A stretch of 32,000 bases of DNA from Aciduliprofundum boonei T469 (lineage in GTDB: Archaea; Thermoplasmatota; Thermoplasmata; Thermoplasmatales; Aciduliprofundaceae), in assembly GCF_000025665.1 (NCBI RefSeq), contig NC_013926.1:270001-302000 (forward strand), written 5' to 3'. The notes beneath the pieces are model-generated. The model saw only the letters and a list, made by a program, of their open reading frames with translations. It was not told the origin of the DNA and did no database searches. Position numbers and translations under genes: made by a program. Below, in pieces: positions 8,096 through 16,245 of this stretch; position 1 is the stretch's first letter; every line of letters starts with the position of its first letter.

Positions 8096-9400
8096 CTATA
8101 TGGATACTTTCAACAGATGCTTTAGTTCTCTTCCAGTGATCCTACGATATAGCCACTCCGCAAAGAATGCAAGGACTACCATAGCAGCAAATACCTCAAC
8201 GCCCTGTATATTCGTAGTTAAAACCTCCTTAAACAGTATAGCCACTGCGAAAAATGCCATTATAGCTCCGAGCATAGATAACGCCCTATTTCCCCCCGTT
8301 TTTTTGTGCAATTTGAAATTTGCAAGATTTACAAGCCCAAATATTATGAGAAAACCAGAGCTACCGATAGTGGATATACTCGAGAGATCAAATAAATTGG
8401 CTACAATCAGCGTAAGAACAGCAGTAATCAATAATCCCTCAATGGGTCTGCGCCATACTTTCCTCTCAAAAGCTTTAGGTAACTCTCCATCCTTCGCAAT
8501 AACATAACTAACCCTCGCAGAGCTGTAAAGCGTGGCATTAATAGCAGAGCCAGTAGAGAGCAGTGCTGCAATTGCTATGAGGAGAAAACCCGCATTACCT
8601 AAAAACGGCTTTGCTGCCTCCGCAAGAGCATAATCTCTGGCATTTATCAACTGTGAAAGGGGAAGATTGCCCACTGCCACAATTGCTATAGCCACATAGA
8701 GAAAGACTACAAACCCCACAGATGCATAGTATGCCTTAGGAAGTGTTCTGCGCACATCATCCACATCCTCAGCAGTGTTGGCAATAAGCTCAAATCCCTC
8801 ATAGGCAAGAAAGATGATCATTCCTCCAGCAACCAAACTTATGGGATTTACCCATGTATCTGGTGCAAGTCTTGCACTGTTAATGCTCCACATACCTATA
8901 ATCACGAAGAACAGTAGTATTGAGAGCTTTATACCAACAATGTATTCTTCAGACTCTCCAACAGCCTTCGAGCCTATCATATTTATAAATGTGAATAGAA
9001 GAATAGCAAAACTTATCAACACATGTTTCCAAAAATCGTAATTATTCGGAAAGAATGTAGCTCCGTAACTTCCAAATGCATAAGAGTATAACGAGAGCAT
9101 TATTATGTAACTGAGATAGAGAAGTATGTTTAGTCCCCCTGTAAACACACCAGTACCATAAGCCTGATTCAAAAACTCCACGGTTCCCCCACGGGTAGGA
9201 TAGGTGACGCTCAACTTTGCATAAGAATAAGAGGTAAGCAATGCTACGAAGCCCGCAATTGCAAACGCTATCGGTGTACTACCATGGGCAAGCTGTACGG
9301 CTAGTCCCAAAACTGCAAAAATACCTCCTCCAACCATTCCTCCCACACCAATGGCAAATACGGACCAGAAGCTCAACTTCTTACCTTCCTTCCGTGACAT
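8096..9400 (-). CDS. APC-superfamily amino acid permease
   Basis: 434 aa, about 12 hydrophobic segments. The N-terminal SFWSVFAIGVGGMVGGGIF is typical of amino acid/polyamine permeases. Confidence 0.85.
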   Translation of the reverse strand: MSRKEGKKLSFWSVFAIGVGGMVGGGIFAVLGLAVQLAHGSTPIAFAIAGFVALLTSYSYAKLSVTYPTRGGTVEFLNQAYGTGVFTGGLNILLYLSYIIMLSLYSYAFGSYGATFFPNNYDFWKHVLISFAILLFTFINMIGSKAVGESEEYIVGIKLSILLFFVIIGMWSINSARLAPDTWVNPISLVAGGMIIFLAYEGFELIANTAEDVDDVRRTLPKAYYASVGFVVFLYVAIAIVAVGNLPLSQLINARDYALAEAAKPFLGNAGFLLIAIAALLSTGSAINATLYSSARVSYVIAKDGELPKAFERKVWRRPIEGLLITAVLTLIVANLFDLSSISTIGSSGFLIIFGLVNLANFKLHKKTGGNRALSMLGAIMAFFAVAILFKEVLTTNIQGVEVFAAMVVLAFFAEWLYRRITGRELKHLLKVSI

Positions 9401-9515
9401 TTAAAGGGGATATGTGCCACAAGAGTTTAAACATTTTTATATTAACACCCCCTTAAAAATTTAAATCATTATGATGCGCTATAATAAACATTCTAAATTT
9501 TCAATTCTCAAACAA

Positions 9516-9532
9516 ATATTTAATAAATATTA
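9516..9532 (+). promoter_or_regulatory. TATA-like box upstream of the epimerase gene
   Basis: ATATTTAATAAATATTA is centred about 26 nt upstream of ATG 9550. There is no SD site. Confidence 0.4.
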
Positions 9533-9549
9533 TCACACATAACCCTCCT

Positions 9550-10407
9550 ATGATACTCATAACTGGCTCATCTGGACAGCTTGGCTCTTACCTCATTGAG
9601 AGTATCCCAAACTCTGTGGGATTGGATATTAGGCCTTCTAAATTCACAGAAATAGTTGGAGATATACGGGGAAATTTAGATATCCTTTTGAAAAATTATG
9701 AAATTGATGCAATAATACACGCAGCCGCACAGGTAAGCGTTGTAAAAAGTGTTGAAGATCCAAAAAACGATGCTGATAACAACATAATGGGCACCATAAA
9801 TTTGTTGGAATATGCAAGAAAGTATGATGTGGAGCAATTTATTTACATATCCTCCGCAGCTGTTTATGGTGAGCCAAAATATCTACCCATAGATGAAAGA
9901 CATCCCACAGGACCAAAGAGCCCCTACGGACTGAGCAAGCTAACTGGAGAAAGATACTCTTTACTGTACTCCGAACTATATGGACTAAAAGTTGCATCAA
10001 TAAGGCCATTTAACATATTCTCACCCCGACAGGACCCTAATAGCCCATACTCTGGAGTGATTTCCATTTTCGTGTCAAGAGCAAAGAAGGGATTACCTTT
10101 GATAATTTACGGGGATGGAGAGCAAACAAGGGACTTTGTGAATGTGCAGGATGTTGTTCATCTCGTAAAATTAGCTCTTGCAAAAAAAGCAGATGGTGTG
10201 TACAATTGCGGTACAGGGAAAGAAACTAGTATAAACGAACTGGCAAAAATAATTGCAGAACTGAGTGGAAAGGGGATAAAAATAGTGCATGACAAACCAA
10301 GAGAGGGCGATATAAGAAAATCCTATGCGGATATATCAAAGGCGATAGAAATTGGGTACGAGCCAAAAACTAATCTAAAAGAGGATTTGAAGAATTATTT
10401 CTTCTAA
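9550..10407 (+). CDS. NAD-dependent nucleotide-sugar epimerase/dehydratase (extended SDR, GalE-like)
   Basis: Rossmann motif ITGSSGQLGS, catalytic YGLSK (YxxxK), and YGDGEQTRDFVNVQDV, which is typical of 4-epimerases. Confidence 0.85.
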   Translation: MILITGSSGQLGSYLIESIPNSVGLDIRPSKFTEIVGDIRGNLDILLKNYEIDAIIHAAAQVSVVKSVEDPKNDADNNIMGTINLLEYARKYDVEQFIYISSAAVYGEPKYLPIDERHPTGPKSPYGLSKLTGERYSLLYSELYGLKVASIRPFNIFSPRQDPNSPYSGVISIFVSRAKKGLPLIIYGDGEQTRDFVNVQDVVHLVKLALAKKADGVYNCGTGKETSINELAKIIAELSGKGIKIVHDKPREGDIRKSYADISKAIEIGYEPKTNLKEDLKNYFF

Positions 10408-11606
10408 AACACTCTGCTTCTTGTAGATACAATACCCTTTATCTTAGCGCCCGGGGCTATGGCTGCATAGGAGCCTATCATAGTTCCAACATCAATGCTC
10501 ACATTGATACCTGTATGCACATAATCTCCCATAATAACCCCCAGCTTGCGCCTTCCAGTATCCACGATTTTATCCTTAACTACCACACGAATGTTCTTCT
10601 CATCTAGTCTTAGATTTGCTACTTTCGTTCCCGCTCCAAGATTGCAATTCTCTCCTATAACACTATCACCAACATAATTGAAATGCGGTACTTTACTTCC
10701 GTTCATTATTATTGAGGCCTTTACTTCCGAGGAATTACCTATATGACAATCATCTCCAATAACCGTGTAGGGCCTTATGTAAGCATTGGGCCCAATTTTG
10801 CAGTTCTTTCCTATAAGCACTGGACCTTCTATGTAAGTGCCACTCATTATTTTCGTACCTTCACCTATACAAACTTTACCTTTCAAAACCACATTTTCCT
10901 CCACTTCTCCCCCTATTTCGCATTTCATTTTTTCCAAGTATGCCTTGGTAGCATCAAGGAGGTGCCATGGATATCCTATATCAAGCCAGAGCCCGTTGTA
11001 CTTCACGATTTTAACATCATGCTCTTTGACAAACATATTTATGGCATCCGTGAACTCAATCTCCCCCCGGGGGGATAGTTCTACTCTCTTTATATATTCA
11101 AATATTTCACGATGAAAAACATATACCCCGGCATTTACCAAGCCAGAGGAGCTTGGAACCTTTTCTCTTATCTCTTCAAGGTTCTCATCTCCTATCAAGA
11201 GTCCATAGGACTCGGCATTATCTTTGTAAACACCAAGAACAGCGTTATCATGCCCCAAAATATCAGAAATAGCACTCTTTTCAAAATATAAATCTCCATT
11301 CAAAATCAAAAACTTCTCATCATTGTACTTTGAAGCATAGAGAACTGCATCTCCTGTACCCCTTCTCTCATTCTGATACACATAATCTATCTTTGCTCCC
11401 TTATATGAATAACCATACCTCTCAGCAATCTGCCTACCCTCATATCCTATCAAAATAGAAATCTTCTCTATACCGGCTTCAACAAGAGCATCAAGAATGT
11501 GCTCAATTATAGGCTTATTTGCAAGTGGAATAAGTGGCTTAGGTCTAGTATCTGTCAGGGGCCACATCCTCGTGCCCTCACCGGCGGCAAGTATAAATGC
11601 ACGCAT
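10404..11606 (-). CDS. glmU: Bifunctional sugar-1-phosphate nucleotidyltransferase / acetyltransferase, archaeal GlmU type
   Basis: I start at MRAFILAAGEGTRMWPLT (ATG 11606), not track position 11654. Motifs SPRGEIEFTDA, NSSEVKASII, PHFNYVGDSVIG, ANLRLD and RRKLGVIMGD match, as far as I recall them, the characterised archaeal GlmU enzymes (M. jannaschii MJ1101, S. tokodaii ST0452). The C-terminus has left-handed beta-helix hexapeptide repeats. Confidence 0.75.
   Translation of the reverse strand: MRAFILAAGEGTRMWPLTDTRPKPLIPLANKPIIEHILDALVEAGIEKISILIGYEGRQIAERYGYSYKGAKIDYVYQNERRGTGDAVLYASKYNDEKFLILNGDLYFEKSAISDILGHDNAVLGVYKDNAESYGLLIGDENLEEIREKVPSSSGLVNAGVYVFHREIFEYIKRVELSPRGEIEFTDAINMFVKEHDVKIVKYNGLWLDIGYPWHLLDATKAYLEKMKCEIGGEVEENVVLKGKVCIGEGTKIMSGTYIEGPVLIGKNCKIGPNAYIRPYTVIGDDCHIGNSSEVKASIIMNGSKVPHFNYVGDSVIGENCNLGAGTKVANLRLDEKNIRVVVKDKIVDTGRRKLGVIMGDYVHTGINVSIDVGTMIGSYAAIAPGAKIKGIVSTRSRVF
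11063..11074. repeat. CCCCCCGGGGGG perfect 12-bp palindrome inside the glmU coding sequence
   Basis: Read directly at 11063-11074. On the minus strand it encodes S-P-R-G-E using the codons CCC CGG GGG. Confidence 0.9.
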
Positions 11607-11624
11607 ATTATAGAGAATAATTTG

Positions 11625-11666
11625 AAAATATAAAATATTAATCCAAGAAATCAAAATTTTTTATAC
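11625..11666. promoter_or_regulatory. Two back-to-back TATA-like boxes for divergent glmU (minus) and deaminase (plus) genes
   Basis: AAAATATAAAA (11625-11635) is about 24 nt from ATG 11606 on the minus strand. TTTTTTATAC (11657-11666) is about 24 nt upstream of ATG 11687. No Shine-Dalgarno site precedes either gene, which suggests leaderless mRNAs. Confidence 0.4.
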
Positions 11667-11686
11667 TAAATAAGCACTCACCTTCT

Positions 11687-12703
11687 ATGGTTTCATCGTT
11701 AATAAATGCACTACCAAAAGCAGAGCTGCACATACATGTGGAGGGAACATTAGAGCCAGTGTTGATGATGAGCCTCGCAAGAAACAACAATGTAAGCATA
11801 CCTTACAACTCCATCGATGAAATAAAAAATGCATACAGATTCAAAAATCTTGAAGATTTTCTGAGGTTATATTACTCCGGCCTTAGAGTTTTGAAAGATG
11901 AAGATGATTTTTACATACTAACTATGAATTATTTAAAAAGGGCAAGTGAGAATAATGTGAGGCATGTAGAGCTTTCCTTTGACCCTCAAGCACACACAAG
12001 AAGAGGCGTGAGATTCGAAGAGGTTATAGAAGGTATCCATTCCGCCTTAAAGGATGGTGAGAGGAAATATGGTATTTCTTGGGTTATAATACTCTCAATA
12101 TTGAGAGACTTGAGTGTAGAAGATGCTCTGCACACATTGAGCAGGGCTGAAGAGTACAAGGATATAATAGATGCAATAGGCCTAGATTCTGCAGAAGTGG
12201 GAAATCCCCCATCTAAATTTAAAAAAGTGTTTGAAAAAGCAAAAACTTCAGGATTTCACCTAGTTGCACATGCTGGAGAGGAGGGGCCCCCATCTTACAT
12301 CAAAGAAGCGATAGATTTGGGCGTTGAGAGAATAGACCATGGAGTGAGGGCCATAGAGGATGAAACACTTATGAAAATGCTTGGTAGAATGCGCATCGCA
12401 TTCACTCTATGTCCTCTTTCAAACTTAAAGCTCAATGTGGTAAAATCCCTTAAGAACTATCCTATTCGAGAGTTCTCAAAAGTCGGGATAAGGGTAACAA
12501 TAAACTCTGACGATCCTGCATACTTTGGAGGATACATAAACAAGAACTATGAAGAGGTAGCAAAAGCCCTAAATTTAAAACCCAAAGAAATAATAGAAAT
12601 AGCCAGAAACTCCATAATCGCAAGTTTCGCATCAGATGAGAGAAAAAGAGAAATATTAAGAGAAATAAACGATGTGGAGAAGAACTACTTTGAAAGCGCC
12701 TGA
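11687..12703 (+). CDS. Adenosine-deaminase-superfamily enzyme, most like Aah1/ADE-type adenine deaminase
   Basis: Motifs LPKAELHIHVEGTLEP, GLDSAE, HAGEEGP, RIDHG, CPLSN and NSDDPAYFGGY follow yeast Aah1 closely as I recall it. The signature reads H-x-H-x-E-G rather than the H-x-H-x-D-G of adenosine deaminases. Confidence 0.8.
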   Translation: MVSSLINALPKAELHIHVEGTLEPVLMMSLARNNNVSIPYNSIDEIKNAYRFKNLEDFLRLYYSGLRVLKDEDDFYILTMNYLKRASENNVRHVELSFDPQAHTRRGVRFEEVIEGIHSALKDGERKYGISWVIILSILRDLSVEDALHTLSRAEEYKDIIDAIGLDSAEVGNPPSKFKKVFEKAKTSGFHLVAHAGEEGPPSYIKEAIDLGVERIDHGVRAIEDETLMKMLGRMRIAFTLCPLSNLKLNVVKSLKNYPIREFSKVGIRVTINSDDPAYFGGYINKNYEEVAKALNLKPKEIIEIARNSIIASFASDERKREILREINDVEKNYFESA

Positions 12704-13935
12704 TATATTTTACTCATCCAAATAGATGCTAATTCTTGACTCTCAAACTCAACAGTTATGCGAACCTTTGGCTCTGTGCCTGAGAATCTGATCAAGAACC
12801 AGCCATCATCAAGGTCTACCCTATATCCATCCACTCTTTGCACAGGATAATCTTTAACAAAATTCTCAATTTTCTGCTCCATCTCTTCCCTATTCCTGTA
12901 ATAAATATTCTTTCTGAGAGTATGGTATACAGGAAAATCTTGTAATAGGGCGTCAATATCCTCTCTGGCTGCAATCTCTGCAAATTTCAACGCTGCATAT
13001 ATGGCATCTGGTGTGTAGCGCCAAGAAGCAAATATCTGTGTACCGCTGTTCTCTCCACCAAATTCTATACCCTTCTCCCTCATAACCCTAGAAACATTTG
13101 CATCTCCCACCTTGCACCTAATAACCTCTGCAAAATTCTCTAAAAGCCTGGAAGAATCCACCGGAGCCACTATTCTCCCATAACCAAGAACCTTCGCAAA
13201 GATGGCAAGAATCAGATCTCCATTTAAATATCTCCCAGATGATGTTATTGCTACAAATCTATCCGCATCACCATCATGCGCTATTCCCAAGTCAGCTTTC
13301 TTTGCCATAATCATATTTTTCAGATCCATTAAATTCTCTTCGCTTGGCTCACTTGAATGGCCTGAAAAAAGCCCGGAGGGATGGCAATTTAGGGTGGTGA
13401 CATTAATTCCCAAATCCCTGAGAATAAAGGGAGTTAAAACACTTCCTGCACCATTGGAGCAATCTATCACAACATTCAAGTCAATCGCCTTGAACTCTTT
13501 CAACAATGCCTTTCTATGCTCCTCCAACATGTTCTCTTCAAAAAACCTCCCCACTTTGCTCCACTTTGCAATATTCCTTCCCTGGAGCTTTTCAATTTGC
13601 TCATCACTGAATGCTGAGCCATCAGGATTCCACAATTTTATTCCATTATACTCTGGTGGGTTATGCGAAGCAGTTACCATTACCCCAGCATCATGATTTT
13701 TAGTAGCATATGCAAGGGTTGGTGTGGGCACCTTTCCTCCATAATAAACTGAGGTCCCAGAAGCCATAATTCCTCCTGCAATCATAGAAACTATAGGATC
13801 GGAAGTTGCCCGAAAATCTGAGGCAATGGCGATATCATCATACTCATTTCCCATACTCATCCCAATCTGGTACGCCAAATTTAATAACTCCTCGCCCCAT
13901 ACCATTCTAACTCCAGATGAGCCTGAAAATTTCAT
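12685..13935 (-). CDS. glmM: Phosphohexomutase, probable phosphoglucosamine mutase
   Basis: I start at MKFSGSSGVR (ATG 13935), not track position 13989. Phosphoserine loop TASHNPPEYNGIK, metal loop HDGDADR, sugar loop GGENSG. The GlmM assignment rests on the glmS/glmU context; PMM/PGM specificity cannot be excluded. Confidence 0.8.
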   Translation of the reverse strand: MKFSGSSGVRMVWGEELLNLAYQIGMSMGNEYDDIAIASDFRATSDPIVSMIAGGIMASGTSVYYGGKVPTPTLAYATKNHDAGVMVTASHNPPEYNGIKLWNPDGSAFSDEQIEKLQGRNIAKWSKVGRFFEENMLEEHRKALLKEFKAIDLNVVIDCSNGAGSVLTPFILRDLGINVTTLNCHPSGLFSGHSSEPSEENLMDLKNMIMAKKADLGIAHDGDADRFVAITSSGRYLNGDLILAIFAKVLGYGRIVAPVDSSRLLENFAEVIRCKVGDANVSRVMREKGIEFGGENSGTQIFASWRYTPDAIYAALKFAEIAAREDIDALLQDFPVYHTLRKNIYYRNREEMEQKIENFVKDYPVQRVDGYRVDLDDGWFLIRFSGTEPKVRITVEFESQELASIWMSKIYQALSK

Positions 13936-13956
13936 AGATGTGAAGGCCTTTATGGC

Positions 13957-13970
13957 TATAAAAATTTTAT
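13957..13970. promoter_or_regulatory. Near-palindromic TATA-like element shared by divergent glmM and wHTH genes
   Basis: TATAAAAATTTTAT is centred near 13964. That is 29 nt from the glmM ATG (13935, minus strand) and 28 nt from the wHTH ATG (13992, plus strand). The intergenic region is only 56 nt. Confidence 0.45.
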
Positions 13971-13991
13971 GGAATATTGCAATTAGCATTT

Positions 13992-14480
13992 ATGAATTTA
14001 AGCCCTCTGGAAATTTACATTATTCTTCACTTAAAAAGGGCAAATGTGGAGTATGCAAAGATGATTATGAAATTTACACATCTAAGTTTGGATAAAATAG
14101 AGAATGCCATAACCTCACTGGAAAATAAAGGACTGGTGGAAAGAGATTCTGGAAGTGCAATAAAGAGAACCAGAGCAAGGTTTAAAAAAGCTAAGGAGGT
14201 GCACAAGCATCATTCATATTACCATCTCTCAAAAGAGGGGTCTTTGCTAGCAAGAAGAATAAATGAAAATTTTTTAGAAGATTATTTCGACTCCTTGCTC
14301 GGCTCAAACGGATTCAAATTCCTAAAAGCCCTGCTCTCGGAGAACTTTGAAGATGCTTGCAAACACATAAGCATAAATTGCGATGAGATGAAGAAATTTT
14401 TGATAAAGGAGAATTTCATCACGCCCTCTGGAAACAAAACAAAATTTCTGAGTTTGTTTTTCTCGTTCATACAATCCTAA
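13992..14480 (+). CDS. Small winged-helix DNA-binding protein with an extended basic wing and a helical C-terminal domain; function unknown
   Basis: MNLSPLEIYIILHLKRANVEYAKMIMKFTHLSLDKIENAITSLENKGLVER reads as an HTH plus recognition helix. Next comes a basic insert, SAIKRTRARFKKAKEVHKHHSYYHLSKEG, then about 75 further residues. ATG 13992 is preferred over track TTG 13977. Confidence 0.5.
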   Translation: MNLSPLEIYIILHLKRANVEYAKMIMKFTHLSLDKIENAITSLENKGLVERDSGSAIKRTRARFKKAKEVHKHHSYYHLSKEGSLLARRINENFLEDYFDSLLGSNGFKFLKALLSENFEDACKHISINCDEMKKFLIKENFITPSGNKTKFLSLFFSFIQS

Positions 14481-14481
14481 A

Positions 14482-16245
14482 TCACTCCACAGTAACACTC
14501 TTAGCGAGATTTCTTGGTTTATCAATATCCCTCCCAAGCAATCTAGCAGCATGATAGGCGAGAAGTTGCAAAACAACAACATTCACAAATGGAGATAAAT
14601 ACAGCTCTGTTTCTGGAACTTTTATAAGGGTATCCACATACTTTCCCACATCCATATTAGACGATACTCCAATAACATAGGCATTTCGAGCACTAACCTC
14701 TTTTATATTTGAGAGCATTTTGTCGTAAGTTATATCTTCTGGAACTAGAGCAATTACAGGAATGCCCTCTTCTATCAATGCTAAAGGACCATGCTTCAAC
14801 TCACCGGCAGGATAACCCTCTGCATGGATATACGAAATTTCCTTCATTTTCAGAGCACCTTCGAGGGCTATTGGATAGTTCATACTCCTCCCTATGAAAA
14901 ACATATCCTTATTTTTGTATATCTTCTTAGCCTCCTTTTCAATTATATCATTCAAATTTAATGTGTTTTCCACATACAGAGGTATTTTCCTTAGTGAGTT
15001 AATAAAATTCCTTACCTGAGAAACGCTGAGTTTACCCATACTTTCTCCAGCCCTTATGGCAAAATATTCTAATGCCAAAAGCTGTGCTGTAAAGGTTTTT
15101 GTAGCTGCCACACCTATCTCGGGCCCAGCGTTTGTGTAAAGCACCCTATCAACATAACTGGTTATAGAACTCCCAACCACATTCGTAATTGCAAGTGTCT
15201 CATTTCCGCTCACTTTGGCCTTTCTTGCAGCAGCTATGGTATCTGCCGTTTCACCACTCTGAGTTATAAATATTGCAAGAGAATCCTCCACCACATCTGG
15301 CCTATAACGATACTCAGAGGCATAGTACACATCTACAGGGATTTGAAGGAGCTCCTCTATCAAGTACTTTCCGACTAACCCAGCATGATAAGATGTTCCA
15401 CATGCTACAATTGTTACCCTTTCAAAATCAAAATCCATATCATTACGAGATAGCAGAGAATGAAGTGTGGAATCCAATGCTCTCGGCTGCTCGAATATCT
15501 CCTTCAACATAAAATGAGGATATCCAGATTTTTCAGCATCTTCTATGCTCCAATTTATAATTTCCACATTCTTCTTTTCAATGTTTCTACCATTAAAGTC
15601 ATAAAAATGTACAATATCATCTGTAAGTTCAGAAATTTCGCCATCTTTCATAACTATTACCCTATTAGTGTACTCCAGAAAGGCAGGTATATCCGAGGCA
15701 ACGAAATTTTCATGGTCCCCCACCCCTATAACCAGAGGACTGTCTTTTTTCGCAGCCATTATTTTCCTCTCATTCTTATTAATTGCTACTATTGCAAAAG
15801 AACCTTTCAATTCCCTTACCGCTTTTAAAAATGCCTCTTTGAAATCCCCTTGGTAGTACTCCTCTATTAAATGAGCAATAACCTCACTATCGGTATCTGA
15901 TGTGAATTTGTGTCCCCTATTCACAAGCTCCTCTTTTAAAACCATATAATTTTCAATTATACCATTGTGCACAATTGCAATATCACCCTTACAGTCTAGA
16001 AATGGATGTGCATTTCTATCTTCTGGTACCCCATGAGTAGCCCATCTTGTATGGCCAATCCCCAGAGTTCCATCAAACCCAAATTCCAAAGAATCTATGT
16101 AACCTTTCTTCTTTGCAATGTTTATCTTGCCATTAACTATTGCTACCCCTGCAGAATCATAGCCGCGATACTCCAATCTCTTAAGGGATTTCAAAAGAAC
16201 TTCCTTTGCGCTTCTGAAACCTATGTAACCAACTATGCCACACAT
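14482..16245 (-). CDS. glmS: Glutamine--fructose-6-phosphate aminotransferase
   Basis: N-terminal MCGIVGYIG (catalytic Cys after Met), two SIS domains, and the canonical C-terminus LAKSVTVE. 587 aa. Confidence 0.95.
   Translation of the reverse strand: MCGIVGYIGFRSAKEVLLKSLKRLEYRGYDSAGVAIVNGKINIAKKKGYIDSLEFGFDGTLGIGHTRWATHGVPEDRNAHPFLDCKGDIAIVHNGIIENYMVLKEELVNRGHKFTSDTDSEVIAHLIEEYYQGDFKEAFLKAVRELKGSFAIVAINKNERKIMAAKKDSPLVIGVGDHENFVASDIPAFLEYTNRVIVMKDGEISELTDDIVHFYDFNGRNIEKKNVEIINWSIEDAEKSGYPHFMLKEIFEQPRALDSTLHSLLSRNDMDFDFERVTIVACGTSYHAGLVGKYLIEELLQIPVDVYYASEYRYRPDVVEDSLAIFITQSGETADTIAAARKAKVSGNETLAITNVVGSSITSYVDRVLYTNAGPEIGVAATKTFTAQLLALEYFAIRAGESMGKLSVSQVRNFINSLRKIPLYVENTLNLNDIIEKEAKKIYKNKDMFFIGRSMNYPIALEGALKMKEISYIHAEGYPAGELKHGPLALIEEGIPVIALVPEDITYDKMLSNIKEVSARNAYVIGVSSNMDVGKYVDTLIKVPETELYLSPFVNVVVLQLLAYHAARLLGRDIDKPRNLAKSVTVE

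Noticed and set aside
8087-8106. Small hairpin (TATCCAT ... ATGGATA, 6-nt loop) between the convergent GT4 and permease genes as a terminator
   Set aside because: The stem is only 7 bp and AT-rich. Archaeal termination does not generally rely on hairpins, and it overlaps the permease stop codon. Too weak to call.
8100-8507. 135-aa ORF antisense to the permease. Similar antisense ORFs occur at 13202-13696 and 16006-16545.
   Set aside because: All are fully nested opposite genes with strong homology signatures (permease, GlmM, GlmS/NTase). They have no SD site or TATA box and no recognisable motifs.
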